A stretch of DNA of 64,000 bases. Source: Actinomycetota bacterium (GTDB taxonomy: Bacteria > Actinomycetota > Actinomycetes > S36-B12 > UBA5976). Positions 9,931 to 18,732 of the stretch are shown here, in pieces. The stretch's first letter is position 1, and each line of letters opens with the position of its first letter. The position numbers and the translations under genes are program-made. The notes under the pieces are model-generated. The model did no database searches. It saw only the letters and a list, made by a program, of their open reading frames with translations, and had not been told where the DNA came from. The stretch covers positions 8,790 through 72,789 of the forward strand of contig WLPX01000002.1 of NCBI GenBank assembly GCA_009698575.1, read 5' to 3'.

Positions 9931-11565
9931 CTAAGCAAAGGGATTAGCTGAAAGCGAGGTATCGATACTGCGTCCTGAATCGTTACCCTTTTTGTCATGT
10001 ATCAAGGTTCGCATAAAGACGATGCGGTCACCCTTCTTACCGGAAATGCGAGACCAATCATCTGGATTTGTGGTGTTTGGCAAGTCTTCGTTTTCGTGGA
10101 ATTCATCTAAGCATGCCTGCAGCAAATGCTCGATCGTGATTCCTTTTTGACCAACTGTTAAGAAGGACTTAATGGCTGCCTTTTTGGCGCGGCTAACAAT
10201 GTTCTCGATCATGGCGCCGGAACTAAAGTCCTTGAAGTAAAGAACTTCCTTATCGCCGTTGGCATAAGTAACTTCGAGGAATTCATTCTCTGAAGTAGTT
10301 GCATACATCTCTTCCACAACGCGATGGATCATCGCAGTAGTTGTTTTTTGCGGATCATTTCCATGCTCTGCTAAATCTGTTGCGGAAAGTGGCAAATCAG
10401 TTGTTAAGTACTTAGCGAAGATGTCTATTGCAGCTTGCGCATCAGGGCGTTCGATCTTGATTTTTACATCTAGGCGACCTGGACGCAAAATTGCTGGATC
10501 GATCATGTCTTCACGGTTTGAAGCACCGATAACTATGACGTTCTCTAGACTTTCAACGCCGTCTATCTCACTCAACAGCTGCGGCACGATGGTGTTTTCA
10601 ACGTCACTTGAAATACCACTGCCACGAGTACGGAATAAGGAATCCATTTCATCGAAGAAAACAATTACTGGGGTGCCTTCACTGGCTTTTTCGCGAGCTC
10701 GCTGGAAGATGATGCGAATTTGGCGTTCGGTCTCGCCGACAAACTTATTTAGAAGTTCAGGACCCTTGATGTTTAGGAAGTAACTACGTCCCTCACCAAT
10801 TCCAGAAATTTCAGCAACTTTCTTGGCTAGCGAGTTAGCAACTGCTTTAGCAATCAGCGTCTTGCCACATCCTGGCGGGCCGTATAGCAAAATACCCTTA
10901 GGTGGCTTCAGTTCGTATTCGCGGAACAATTCCGGATGTAGGAACGGAAGCTCTACTGCGTCGCGAATCATGTTGATTTGATCGCCCAAGCCACCGATGT
11001 CTTCGTAATTAATGTCAGGTACTTCTTCTAGAACCAAATCTTCTACTTCAGACTTGGCGATACGTTCGAATGCGTACCCGGCCTTCATGTCGGCCAACAA
11101 GCTGTCGCCCGAGCGCAACGGTACGTCGCGTAATGGTGCTGCCAGATGAATCACGCGCTCTTCGTCACTGCGTCCGGTCACAATCGCGCGTTGACCATCT
11201 TCGAGAATCTCTTGGAAAATTACAATTTCACCCTGGTCTTCAAAAGTTCCAGCAACTACTACATTCATGGACTCGTTAAGAATGACTTCTTGACCAGGGC
11301 GCAACTGTTCTCGATCAACCTCCGGTGCCATAGCGACTCGCATTTTGCGTCCATTAATAGTGACATCGACTAAATCATCAGCTGCAGGTCCTAAGTAGAC
11401 CGCGTAACCATTTGGTGGAGCGCTGAGTCGATCAACTTCTTCTTTAAGTCCAATAATTTGTTCGCGCGCTTCGCGCAAAGTTGCTGTGAGTTTGGCATTT
11501 GATTCGGATAAATCATCAATTCGGGTGTTCAAGGAGCGCAATTGATCTGCGTTAACTTCGCTCAT
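9931..11565 (-). CDS. arc: Proteasome-type AAA+ ATPase ARC/Mpa (no C-terminal GQYL)
   Basis: N-terminal coiled coil, [38 protein letters not shown]; ends SLSANPFA*. Confidence 0.97.
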   Translation of the reverse strand: MSEVNADQLRSLNTRIDDLSESNAKLTATLREAREQIIGLKEEVDRLSAPPNGYAVYLGPAADDLVDVTINGRKMRVAMAPEVDREQLRPGQEVILNESMNVVVAGTFEDQGEIVIFQEILEDGQRAIVTGRSDEERVIHLAAPLRDVPLRSGDSLLADMKAGYAFERIAKSEVEDLVLEEVPDINYEDIGGLGDQINMIRDAVELPFLHPELFREYELKPPKGILLYGPPGCGKTLIAKAVANSLAKKVAEISGIGEGRSYFLNIKGPELLNKFVGETERQIRIIFQRAREKASEGTPVIVFFDEMDSLFRTRGSGISSDVENTIVPQLLSEIDGVESLENVIVIGASNREDMIDPAILRPGRLDVKIKIERPDAQAAIDIFAKYLTTDLPLSATDLAEHGNDPQKTTTAMIHRVVEEMYATTSENEFLEVTYANGDKEVLYFKDFSSGAMIENIVSRAKKAAIKSFLTVGQKGITIEHLLQACLDEFHENEDLPNTTNPDDWSRISGKKGDRIVFMRTLIHDKKGNDSGRSIDTSLSANPFA

Positions 11566-12476
11566 GACGACTCCTCTCCTGCCTCGCTGCTCAACTCTGC
11601 AACAGTATCCAATTGTCCTTTAGTTGGGCGAATTCGGCGCGTAGGCAAAACCACTCCTGGTGCCAATCGCCTAGCGGTCACCAAAAAGCCCGTGTGGCCT
11701 TGCATTCGGTGATTTGGGCGCACCGCGAGACCTTCTAAGTGCCAAGGACGTTGGATTAGCTCTTGACCCTCTGGATTCGTCCAACGCTTATCGGTGCGTA
11801 GGTCCTCTACGAATCTCGACATTTGCGTCGTGGTTGCAACATAGGCAATGACTACACCACCTGGTCGTAGCACGCCAGCGATACTGTCAATAGTCTCCCA
11901 AGGAGCGAGCATGTCTAGCACGATGCGATCAACGCTGGCTTCAGGAAGTTGCGTAACCTTTTCTTGAAGATCACCTAACGTAACTTGCCAGTTGGTCGGC
12001 GTATCTCCAAAAAAGTTTTTGACATTTTTTTGGGCAATTTTTGCGAAATCTTCACGGCGCTCGAAGCTATAGACATATCCATGTTCGCCGACTGCGCGTA
12101 GTAGCGAGCAAGTCAACGCTCCCGAACCAACACCGGCTTCGACGACAACACTGCCTGGATAAATGTCAGCCAGACCGACAATCGCTGCGGCATCCTTTGG
12201 ATACACAACTGCAGCACCTCGGGGCATGCTGAGCACGAAGTCCAACAAAAGTGGGCGCAAGGCCAAATACACCATGTTGCCAGATGAAGTAACGATCGAT
12301 CCTTCGGATAACCCGATGAGTTCATCGTGTTTGATGCTGCCGTGATTGGTATGGAATTCTTTACCTAGCTCAAGCAAAATTGTGTGTTTGCGCGATTTAG
12401 TATCTGTTAACTGCACGCGATCCCCTGCAGCGAACTGCGCTGCCCGTGCCGTGCTGACTACCTCTACAGATTCCAT
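11562..12476 (-). CDS. trmI: tRNA (adenine58-N1)-methyltransferase
   Basis: [34 protein letters not shown]; start placed at ATG 12476 rather than 12533 (AACAAT 6 nt upstream). Confidence 0.93.
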   Translation of the reverse strand: MESVEVVSTARAAQFAAGDRVQLTDTKSRKHTILLELGKEFHTNHGSIKHDELIGLSEGSIVTSSGNMVYLALRPLLLDFVLSMPRGAAVVYPKDAAAIVGLADIYPGSVVVEAGVGSGALTCSLLRAVGEHGYVYSFERREDFAKIAQKNVKNFFGDTPTNWQVTLGDLQEKVTQLPEASVDRIVLDMLAPWETIDSIAGVLRPGGVVIAYVATTTQMSRFVEDLRTDKRWTNPEGQELIQRPWHLEGLAVRPNHRMQGHTGFLVTARRLAPGVVLPTRRIRPTKGQLDTVAELSSEAGEESS

Positions 12477-12569
12477 GACTCTATTGTTCCAGTTAATTGG
12501 ATACTTACTTACCGAGCCAGATCCAAGGGCCATAAACTAAAGACAAGTTATCGAAATGGGGTGTACTGC

Positions 12570-13412
12570 TTGGAGCTAAACCAAATGTTTCCACGCAACA
12601 CCACTATCGTCATTGCTGCATTTGGCGGCTGGAATGACGCAGCGCAATCAGCAACTGATGCACTAGAACATCTACTAGATGTTTGGCACTCCGAAGAAGT
12701 AATTGACCTACCGGGTGATGACTACTACGACTATCAATTCAATCGACCTGAGGTAAGCATCGGTCTCGCCGGTGACCGCGAAGTTGCCTGGCCTGGAACG
12801 ACAATCTTTAAGGCAACTGCAGACACATTGCCCGATACCACGATCTACCTAATTCACGGAGTAGAGCCGAGTATGCGCTGGAAGCAATTTTGCACAGACA
12901 TCATGGCGCAACTAGAGCTCGGTGAATCCACAGTATTGGTAACACTGGGTGCACTATTAGCAGATGTTGCACACACCCGTGCTATCCCAGTTAGTGGCAC
13001 AACTAGCAATACGCAATTGCAGACCGTGACCGGTTTTGAACCATCGCGCTACGAAGGTCCGACTGGAATTTTGGGAATTTTGCAATCCGAGTTTGAAGTG
13101 CAAGGTATTCCTTCGGTAGCGCTCTGGGCTGCGATTCCGCACTATGTTGCTTCGCCACCTTGTCCAAAAGCCACACTGGCGCTAATTCGTGGCCTAGAAG
13201 ATTTATTGGATACTTCGATTCCTGTTACCGAATTGGTTGAAGAAGCCAGAGCCTGGCAACTTGGTGTTGAAGAGTTGGCAACTGAGGATGAAGAGATTTC
13301 TGAGTACGTGCGCTCACTCGAAGAATCCCAAGATACTGCTGAGTTACCGGAAGCAACTGGCGAAGCAATCGCACGCGAGTTCGAGCGTTATCTCCGGCGT
13401 CGCGAAAACTAA
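12570..13412 (+). CDS. PAC2 family (proteasome assembly chaperone-like) protein
   Basis: AAFGGWNDA, YYDYQFNRP, GVEPSMRW, LGALLADVAHTR, YEGPTGI, WAAIPHY, IAREFERYLR; start uncertain (TTG 12570 after GGGGTG). Confidence 0.9.
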   Translation: MELNQMFPRNTTIVIAAFGGWNDAAQSATDALEHLLDVWHSEEVIDLPGDDYYDYQFNRPEVSIGLAGDREVAWPGTTIFKATADTLPDTTIYLIHGVEPSMRWKQFCTDIMAQLELGESTVLVTLGALLADVAHTRAIPVSGTTSNTQLQTVTGFEPSRYEGPTGILGILQSEFEVQGIPSVALWAAIPHYVASPPCPKATLALIRGLEDLLDTSIPVTELVEEARAWQLGVEELATEDEEISEYVRSLEESQDTAELPEATGEAIAREFERYLRRREN

Positions 13413-13461
13413 TCGACTTGCGTTTATCGCGCGGTCAAGATCAACCTCGTACACTTAAAAC

Positions 13462-14673
13462 ATGCAATCTTGGTCCCAAGTTTTCGTTCCGCAATTGGCC
13501 CTGACGGCGCCGACTCCGCAGGTATATGACTCTGCATCCCAAGACTTGATTGCGTTACCGGTTGATCGCCCTGGCAATGTCTACGTCTGTGGCATTACGC
13601 CGTATGACGCAACCCATATGGGACATGCTGCAACGTATGTGGCTTTCGATACGTTGATTCGGATTTGGCGAGCCGCTGGCGTAGCGGTCAATTTCACACA
13701 AAACATAACCGATGTCGATGATCCGTTGATTGAGCGAGCTATCGCAACTAGCCGTGATTGGCGTGATATAGCCCAGGAGCAAGTAGAGCTGTTCCGGCAG
13801 GACATGCAAGCTTTACGAGTGATTCCACCACAGAATTACATCGGAGTTGTGGAATCGATGTCCTTGATAGAAAACGCCGTCGCAAAGTTGGTGGCGCAAG
13901 GCACGGCTTATTACGTGGATCAAGATATTTACTATGACGTGAATGACACCGAGCTAATTGGAAAAATCTCGCACTTAACCGAAGCAGAAATGTTTGAAGT
14001 ATTTGGTCAACGCGGTGGTGATCCCCAGCGCCCTGGTAAGCGTCATGCGTTAGATCCAATGTTGTGGCGGGCACGTGCTGGCGCTGATCCGTACTGGCCT
14101 TCAGAACTTGGTGAAGGCAGACCAGGTTGGCACATTGAATGCTCGGCAATCGCTACACATTTTCTATCTGAGCAAATCGATGTACAAGGTGGTGGCAGTG
14201 ATTTAAAGTTTCCGCATCATGAAATGAGCGCTGCGCACGCCGAATCCTTAACCGGAAAATCGCCATTTGCAAAAACATACATGCACGCGGGCATGGTCTC
14301 GTTAGATGGACAAAAAATGAGTAAGTCACTTGGCAATCTGGTATTTGTTTCAAAGTTGCGCGCCGCTGGTACTGACCCAATGACAATCAGGCTTGCTATT
14401 TTGGCGCACCACTATCGAAGTGATTGGGAATGGTTTGACACTGAGTTGGCCGCAGCTAACGAACGACTTGCATTATGGCGAGCCGCATTTGATATGACCA
14501 CAGGCGCAGCCAGCGTTTCAAATGAATTAGTAGCTGCCTTAGCTAATGATCTTGATACTCCTACGGCATTACAAGTGGTGGATCAGTGGGCCACTGCGAC
14601 GATTGCCGGTGCTGCTGATGAAGGCACTACTGAAATGAAGACCGCAATAGATGCCTTGCTCGGCATTGTTTAG
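13462..14673 (+). CDS. mshC: Cysteine--1D-myo-inosityl 2-amino-2-deoxy-glucopyranoside ligase (mycothiol synthesis)
   Basis: YVCGITPYDATHMGH, GRPGWHIEC, KMSKSLGN; short CysRS paralogue ending ALLGIV. Confidence 0.95.
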   Translation: MQSWSQVFVPQLALTAPTPQVYDSASQDLIALPVDRPGNVYVCGITPYDATHMGHAATYVAFDTLIRIWRAAGVAVNFTQNITDVDDPLIERAIATSRDWRDIAQEQVELFRQDMQALRVIPPQNYIGVVESMSLIENAVAKLVAQGTAYYVDQDIYYDVNDTELIGKISHLTEAEMFEVFGQRGGDPQRPGKRHALDPMLWRARAGADPYWPSELGEGRPGWHIECSAIATHFLSEQIDVQGGGSDLKFPHHEMSAAHAESLTGKSPFAKTYMHAGMVSLDGQKMSKSLGNLVFVSKLRAAGTDPMTIRLAILAHHYRSDWEWFDTELAAANERLALWRAAFDMTTGAASVSNELVAALANDLDTPTALQVVDQWATATIAGAADEGTTEMKTAIDALLGIV

Positions 14674-14681
14674 GAACTCCC

Positions 14682-15416
14682 TTGAGCGCAGATGAATTGC
14701 AAGTAGTAGGTCAACTAGTTAACGCCTCGAATGCCACTTTGGTTGTAGAAGCGGGCGACCAACGTTTCGTTTACAAGCCCATGTCAGGTGAACGGCCACT
14801 CTGGGACTTCCCTATCAACACTTTGCATTTGCGTGAACGCGCTGCCTTTGTATTGAGTGAATTGCTCCAATGGAACATAGTGCCGGCAACAGTTATTGCA
14901 AGTGGCCCATATGGTGTCGGCAGTTTGCAAAATTGGGTTGATGCCGAAGTGACTTCAGTAGATGTATTTACGCCAGGTGAAGTTCCTGCGGATTGGCTAA
15001 CCATAATCAGCGGCATTGACGAGGACGGCGACGAAGTTACCTTGGCACACGCGAACTTACCTAGATTGCAACAGATAGCAGTTTTCGATGCGTTAATAAA
15101 TAACGCAGATCGTAAAGCTGGACACATCTTGACAGCTAACGATGGCACGATCTATGGCATAGACCATGGGGTTACATTCAACGCTGAGGATAAGTTGCGT
15201 ACGGTTTTATGGGGCTGGATTGGCGCTGCGATATCAACTGAACTATTACAAGACCTGGCAAACGTGGAAACAAAGATTGATGGTAGCGAATTAACTGTAT
15301 TGCTTGATGCAGATGAAATGCTTGCTCTTAAGGATCGCTTAGCGCAACTGTTGGAAAGCAAAACTATGCCAAGTCCTAGTCCGCATTGGCCAGCAGTCCC
15401 CTGGCCAGTCTTCTAA
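14682..15416 (+). CDS. SCO1664-family PI3/4-kinase-like protein
   Basis: ASNAT, VYKP..GERPLWDFP, NNADRKAGH, IDHG, KLRTVLWGW, C-terminal WPAVPWP. Confidence 0.88.
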   Translation: MSADELQVVGQLVNASNATLVVEAGDQRFVYKPMSGERPLWDFPINTLHLRERAAFVLSELLQWNIVPATVIASGPYGVGSLQNWVDAEVTSVDVFTPGEVPADWLTIISGIDEDGDEVTLAHANLPRLQQIAVFDALINNADRKAGHILTANDGTIYGIDHGVTFNAEDKLRTVLWGWIGAAISTELLQDLANVETKIDGSELTVLLDADEMLALKDRLAQLLESKTMPSPSPHWPAVPWPVF

Positions 15417-15968
15417 CTAACCTCGACGCAAGTACCCGTTCGCACGCGGGCAAATGTGCCCCTGCTGATCAAGTGGTTCCGAACATAGCGGACAAGGTGG
15501 CCTGCCAGCTGAAACCACTGCGTTGGCACGGGTGCAAAATGCAGTAGCCAAGGTGCACTTTAGACGCACGCGCAAGACATCTGGACCTTCATTGGCATCT
15601 TCTTCCAATTCTGGGACATCGTCAAAACTTTCGGTAGCCGCATGAGCCTCAATAATCACCTGTTGCGTCTCGGTATTCCAGCCAAGCGCTAGCGTGCCAA
15701 CACGAAACTCTTCTTGAATCGGACTATCAAGTGGCTCGAGATCGGCTGGTCCTCGATAGGCGATGTCAAGACCTTCTGCGCGTGATACCTGATCTAGCAA
15801 TTCCAGCAAGCGTTCGGACAACAAACTGACTTGTTGCTTTTCAAGAGAGACGCTTACTACTCGAGAACCAGTTCGCGCTTGCAAAAAGAAAGTACGTTCG
15901 CCAGGTGCACCAACAGTGCCTGCGACAAATCGCTGTGGGTTGTCAAAAGTATGAACAATACGTGCCAC
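15417..15968 (-). CDS. DUF3090 family protein
   Basis: RFVAGTVGAPGERTFFLQA, LEKQQV, C-terminal AGRPPCPLC...GHICPRANG. Confidence 0.9.
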   Translation of the reverse strand: MARIVHTFDNPQRFVAGTVGAPGERTFFLQARTGSRVVSVSLEKQQVSLLSERLLELLDQVSRAEGLDIAYRGPADLEPLDSPIQEEFRVGTLALGWNTETQQVIIEAHAATESFDDVPELEEDANEGPDVLRVRLKCTLATAFCTRANAVVSAGRPPCPLCSEPLDQQGHICPRANGYLRRG

Positions 15969-15973
15969 TTGTA

Positions 15974-16651
15974 CTATTCCCTTTCGCTCTCGCCACCGAG
16001 TGTGGGTACTTGGTTAGGTTGCTTGCCTAGTTTGGCAAGCCATGAGTCACCGGTGTCGTTAAGTTTGCCCACAGCTGAACCTGATTTGCTGTAATTGACC
16101 ACGCTAACAGAAGTCGGTTCAATCATTATGGATTGGAATTTGCGTAACGGCAGGCCCATTGCATCAGCACAGATTGCTTTGATGATGTCGCCATGAGTCA
16201 CGGCTGCCCAGATTACGTCGTCGCCGTGTTCTTCGGTAAGGCGTGCATCCCATTCTCGAATGGCCGCGCTGGCACGGGCAGACATTTCGTTCATGGATTC
16301 ACCATCGGGGAAAATCATTTCATCAGGACGTTGTTGCACAATTGGCCAAAGTTCGTGCACTGCAAGTTCAGCTAATGACTCACCCTGCCAAGATCCGTAG
16401 TCACATTCGATTATGCGATCTTCGGTAGAGGTTGGAATTCGGTCAGCGAACAAAATTTGGGCAGTCTCGACCGTTCGTTCTAGCGGGCTCACTACGGCGT
16501 GCCGAACAGTTACTGGTGCCAAGCGAGCTGCCAAAGCAGTTGCCGCTTCGCGACCAACTTCATCTAGAACTACTCCAGGAGTCCGCCCGGCAAGCACGCC
16601 ATCAGCATTCGCTTGGGTACGCCCATGGCGGATCAATAACACTGTTCCCAT
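15974..16651 (-). CDS. Histidine phosphatase family, MSMEG_4193-like putative phosphomutase
   Basis: RHG, SPLERT.ETA, ECDYG.WQG, THGDIIKA; ATG 16651 has TAGTCT 6 nt upstream. Confidence 0.9.
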   Translation of the reverse strand: MGTVLLIRHGRTQANADGVLAGRTPGVVLDEVGREAATALAARLAPVTVRHAVVSPLERTVETAQILFADRIPTSTEDRIIECDYGSWQGESLAELAVHELWPIVQQRPDEMIFPDGESMNEMSARASAAIREWDARLTEEHGDDVIWAAVTHGDIIKAICADAMGLPLRKFQSIMIEPTSVSVVNYSKSGSAVGKLNDTGDSWLAKLGKQPNQVPTLGGESERE

Positions 16652-16681
16652 GTTCAAAGACTAACGGCGATTAGGCACGTA

Positions 16682-17515
16682 TCAGGTGGCAGAAAGTACG
16701 CCGGTAGCGAGCAAGCCGAGCAAAACCACACCTAATGAGATCCGATAAATCACGAAGGGCAAGAAGGTTCGAGTTTGTAGGTACTTCATTAATCCCGCGA
16801 TTACGAGGTATCCAACGCCAAATGCAATGACTGTGGCAACTAGCGTAGCTGGCCAATTTACAAATTCATCGGATGAAATATTTCCAGCCTCCAAGGCAGC
16901 GGAGGCAAAGACTGCAGGGATTGCCAACAGGAACGAGTAGCGCGCAACTACGTCCCGCTTAAAGCCCTGCAGCAATCCTGCCGTGATAGTCGCACCACTA
17001 CGAGAAACACCAGGTATCAATGCCAAGGCTTGACCAATGCCAAAGTAAATCGAGCTGCCCCAGCCAAGATCAGTTTGATCTTTAGTGTGACGCGCAAATC
17101 TATCCGCTAACCCAAGTGCGATACCCATTACGATAAGAGCTCCAGCAACTAACCAAAGATTTCGCGCCGTAGTTTCGATCGCGTCACGAAATAAGATTCC
17201 AGCAATCGCTATCGGTAGTGTTCCGATGATTACATACCAGCCCATTTTCGCATTGATGTCACTACGCAAATCCTTATTAAGCAGGCTACGCGACCACGAA
17301 GAGATGATGCGAGCTATGTCAGATCGGAAGTAAATTACAACAGCCAACTCGGTGCCGACTTGAGTAACAGCAGTGAACGCAGCTCCAGGATCTGGCCAAC
17401 CTAGCAATTTGGAAACGATTAGAGTGTGGGCGGTTGAAGAAATGGGTAGGAACTCAGTAAGTCCCTGCGAGATCCCCAAAATTATTGCTTGAAGCCACGA
17501 CAACTCGGCAGTCAT
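16682..17515 (-). CDS. uppP: Undecaprenyl-diphosphate phosphatase
   Basis: QGLTEFLPISSTAH, PGVSRSGATI; AGGAG before ATG 17515. Confidence 0.95.
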   Translation of the reverse strand: MTAELSWLQAIILGISQGLTEFLPISSTAHTLIVSKLLGWPDPGAAFTAVTQVGTELAVVIYFRSDIARIISSWSRSLLNKDLRSDINAKMGWYVIIGTLPIAIAGILFRDAIETTARNLWLVAGALIVMGIALGLADRFARHTKDQTDLGWGSSIYFGIGQALALIPGVSRSGATITAGLLQGFKRDVVARYSFLLAIPAVFASAALEAGNISSDEFVNWPATLVATVIAFGVGYLVIAGLMKYLQTRTFLPFVIYRISLGVVLLGLLATGVLSAT

Positions 17516-17590
17516 AGCTACTCCTAAAAAATCCAAAGACACACGCAGGAAGCAAAACCTATTTCCCTAACCAAACGCTAGCGTGAACCT

Positions 17591-18541
17591 ATGGAACTGC
17601 GGTCGTTGGGCAATAGCGGACTGCTAGTGTCGCAGTTTTCCTTAGGAACCATGACCTGGGGTCGAGATACCGATGTCCACGAGGCAAGAGATCAATTCAA
17701 TTTGTACTACGAAGCTGGTGGGCGTTTTATTGATACTGCCGATGTTTATAGTGAAGGCGTATCTGAGGAAATTGTCGGGGAATTCGTTAAGGATCATCCT
17801 GACGTCATAGTTTCTTCTAAAGCGGGAAGTGTACGTAGCCATAGGCGGCGCGACACCAGTCGAGTTCATCTACTCGCTGCTCTCGACGGTTCCCTCAAGC
17901 GCCTTCGTCGTAGTTACATAGATGTCTGGCACATGCATGCCTGGGATCCGTACACACCATTAGAAGAAACCCTCGCGGCAGCTCATACTGCAATCGAATC
18001 TGGTCGCGTTCGGTATTTAGGTATCTCGAATTACACCGGCTGGCAATTGACGAGCGCAGCGCTAACTTCACAGCATCCTGTTATCAGCGCTCAAATGGAA
18101 TACTCGCTACTGCAGCGCGGTATTGAGCGCGAAGTAATTCCTGCAAGTGAGGACTTGGGCGTGGGCATCATGGCTTGGTCACCACTTGGCCGCGGAGTAC
18201 TAACCGGCAAGTACCGACATGGCACGCCCGCCGATTCACGAGCAGCGACCACACATTTTTCAGCTTTCATTAGTCCGTATTTAAATGATCGAAGTAGCGC
18301 GATAGTGGATGCTGTCTGCACTGCAGCTGAAGGGTTGGGGTTAACGCCAATCGATGTCGCACTTGCCTGGATCAGTGCTCGTCCGCAAGTTGCTAGCACT
18401 GTCGTAGGTGCCCGCACGGCGGCGCAGTTGCGATTAGTTATCCAGGCTTTCGACGCAACTCTCCCACCAGAAATTCACATTGCACTTGATGAAGTATCAG
18501 CCATCGAGCGGGGTTACCCAGATCATGGTTGGAATCAATGA
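17591..18541 (+). CDS. Aldo/keto reductase
   Basis: LGTMTWG, DTADVY, GRVRYLGISN, WSPLGRGVLTGKY. Confidence 0.93.
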   Translation: MELRSLGNSGLLVSQFSLGTMTWGRDTDVHEARDQFNLYYEAGGRFIDTADVYSEGVSEEIVGEFVKDHPDVIVSSKAGSVRSHRRRDTSRVHLLAALDGSLKRLRRSYIDVWHMHAWDPYTPLEETLAAAHTAIESGRVRYLGISNYTGWQLTSAALTSQHPVISAQMEYSLLQRGIEREVIPASEDLGVGIMAWSPLGRGVLTGKYRHGTPADSRAATTHFSAFISPYLNDRSSAIVDAVCTAAEGLGLTPIDVALAWISARPQVASTVVGARTAAQLRLVIQAFDATLPPEIHIALDEVSAIERGYPDHGWNQ

Positions 18542-18726
18542 GCGCAGTTTGGGAATACCGGGAAATGAATTTCCATCGGGACGCTAAACGAAACGATGTT
18601 AAGTCTTATTTGACGACTATGGCCGAAATTGAACGTTGGGAATTAGATCGCGTGCACATTACCCAAGACGGCCGACGCTGGGTTCGACTTCGCCGCAAGA
18701 TTTACCACTTACAGCGCACTGCCTAG
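18538..18726 (+). CDS. DUF5703-like small protein (62 aa)
   Basis: WEY...LT..AE...WELDR.....DGRR.V.LRRKI pattern; ATGA overlap with the AKR stop. Confidence 0.8.
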   Translation: MSAVWEYREMNFHRDAKRNDVKSYLTTMAEIERWELDRVHITQDGRRWVRLRRKIYHLQRTA

Positions 18727-18732
18727 GACCAG

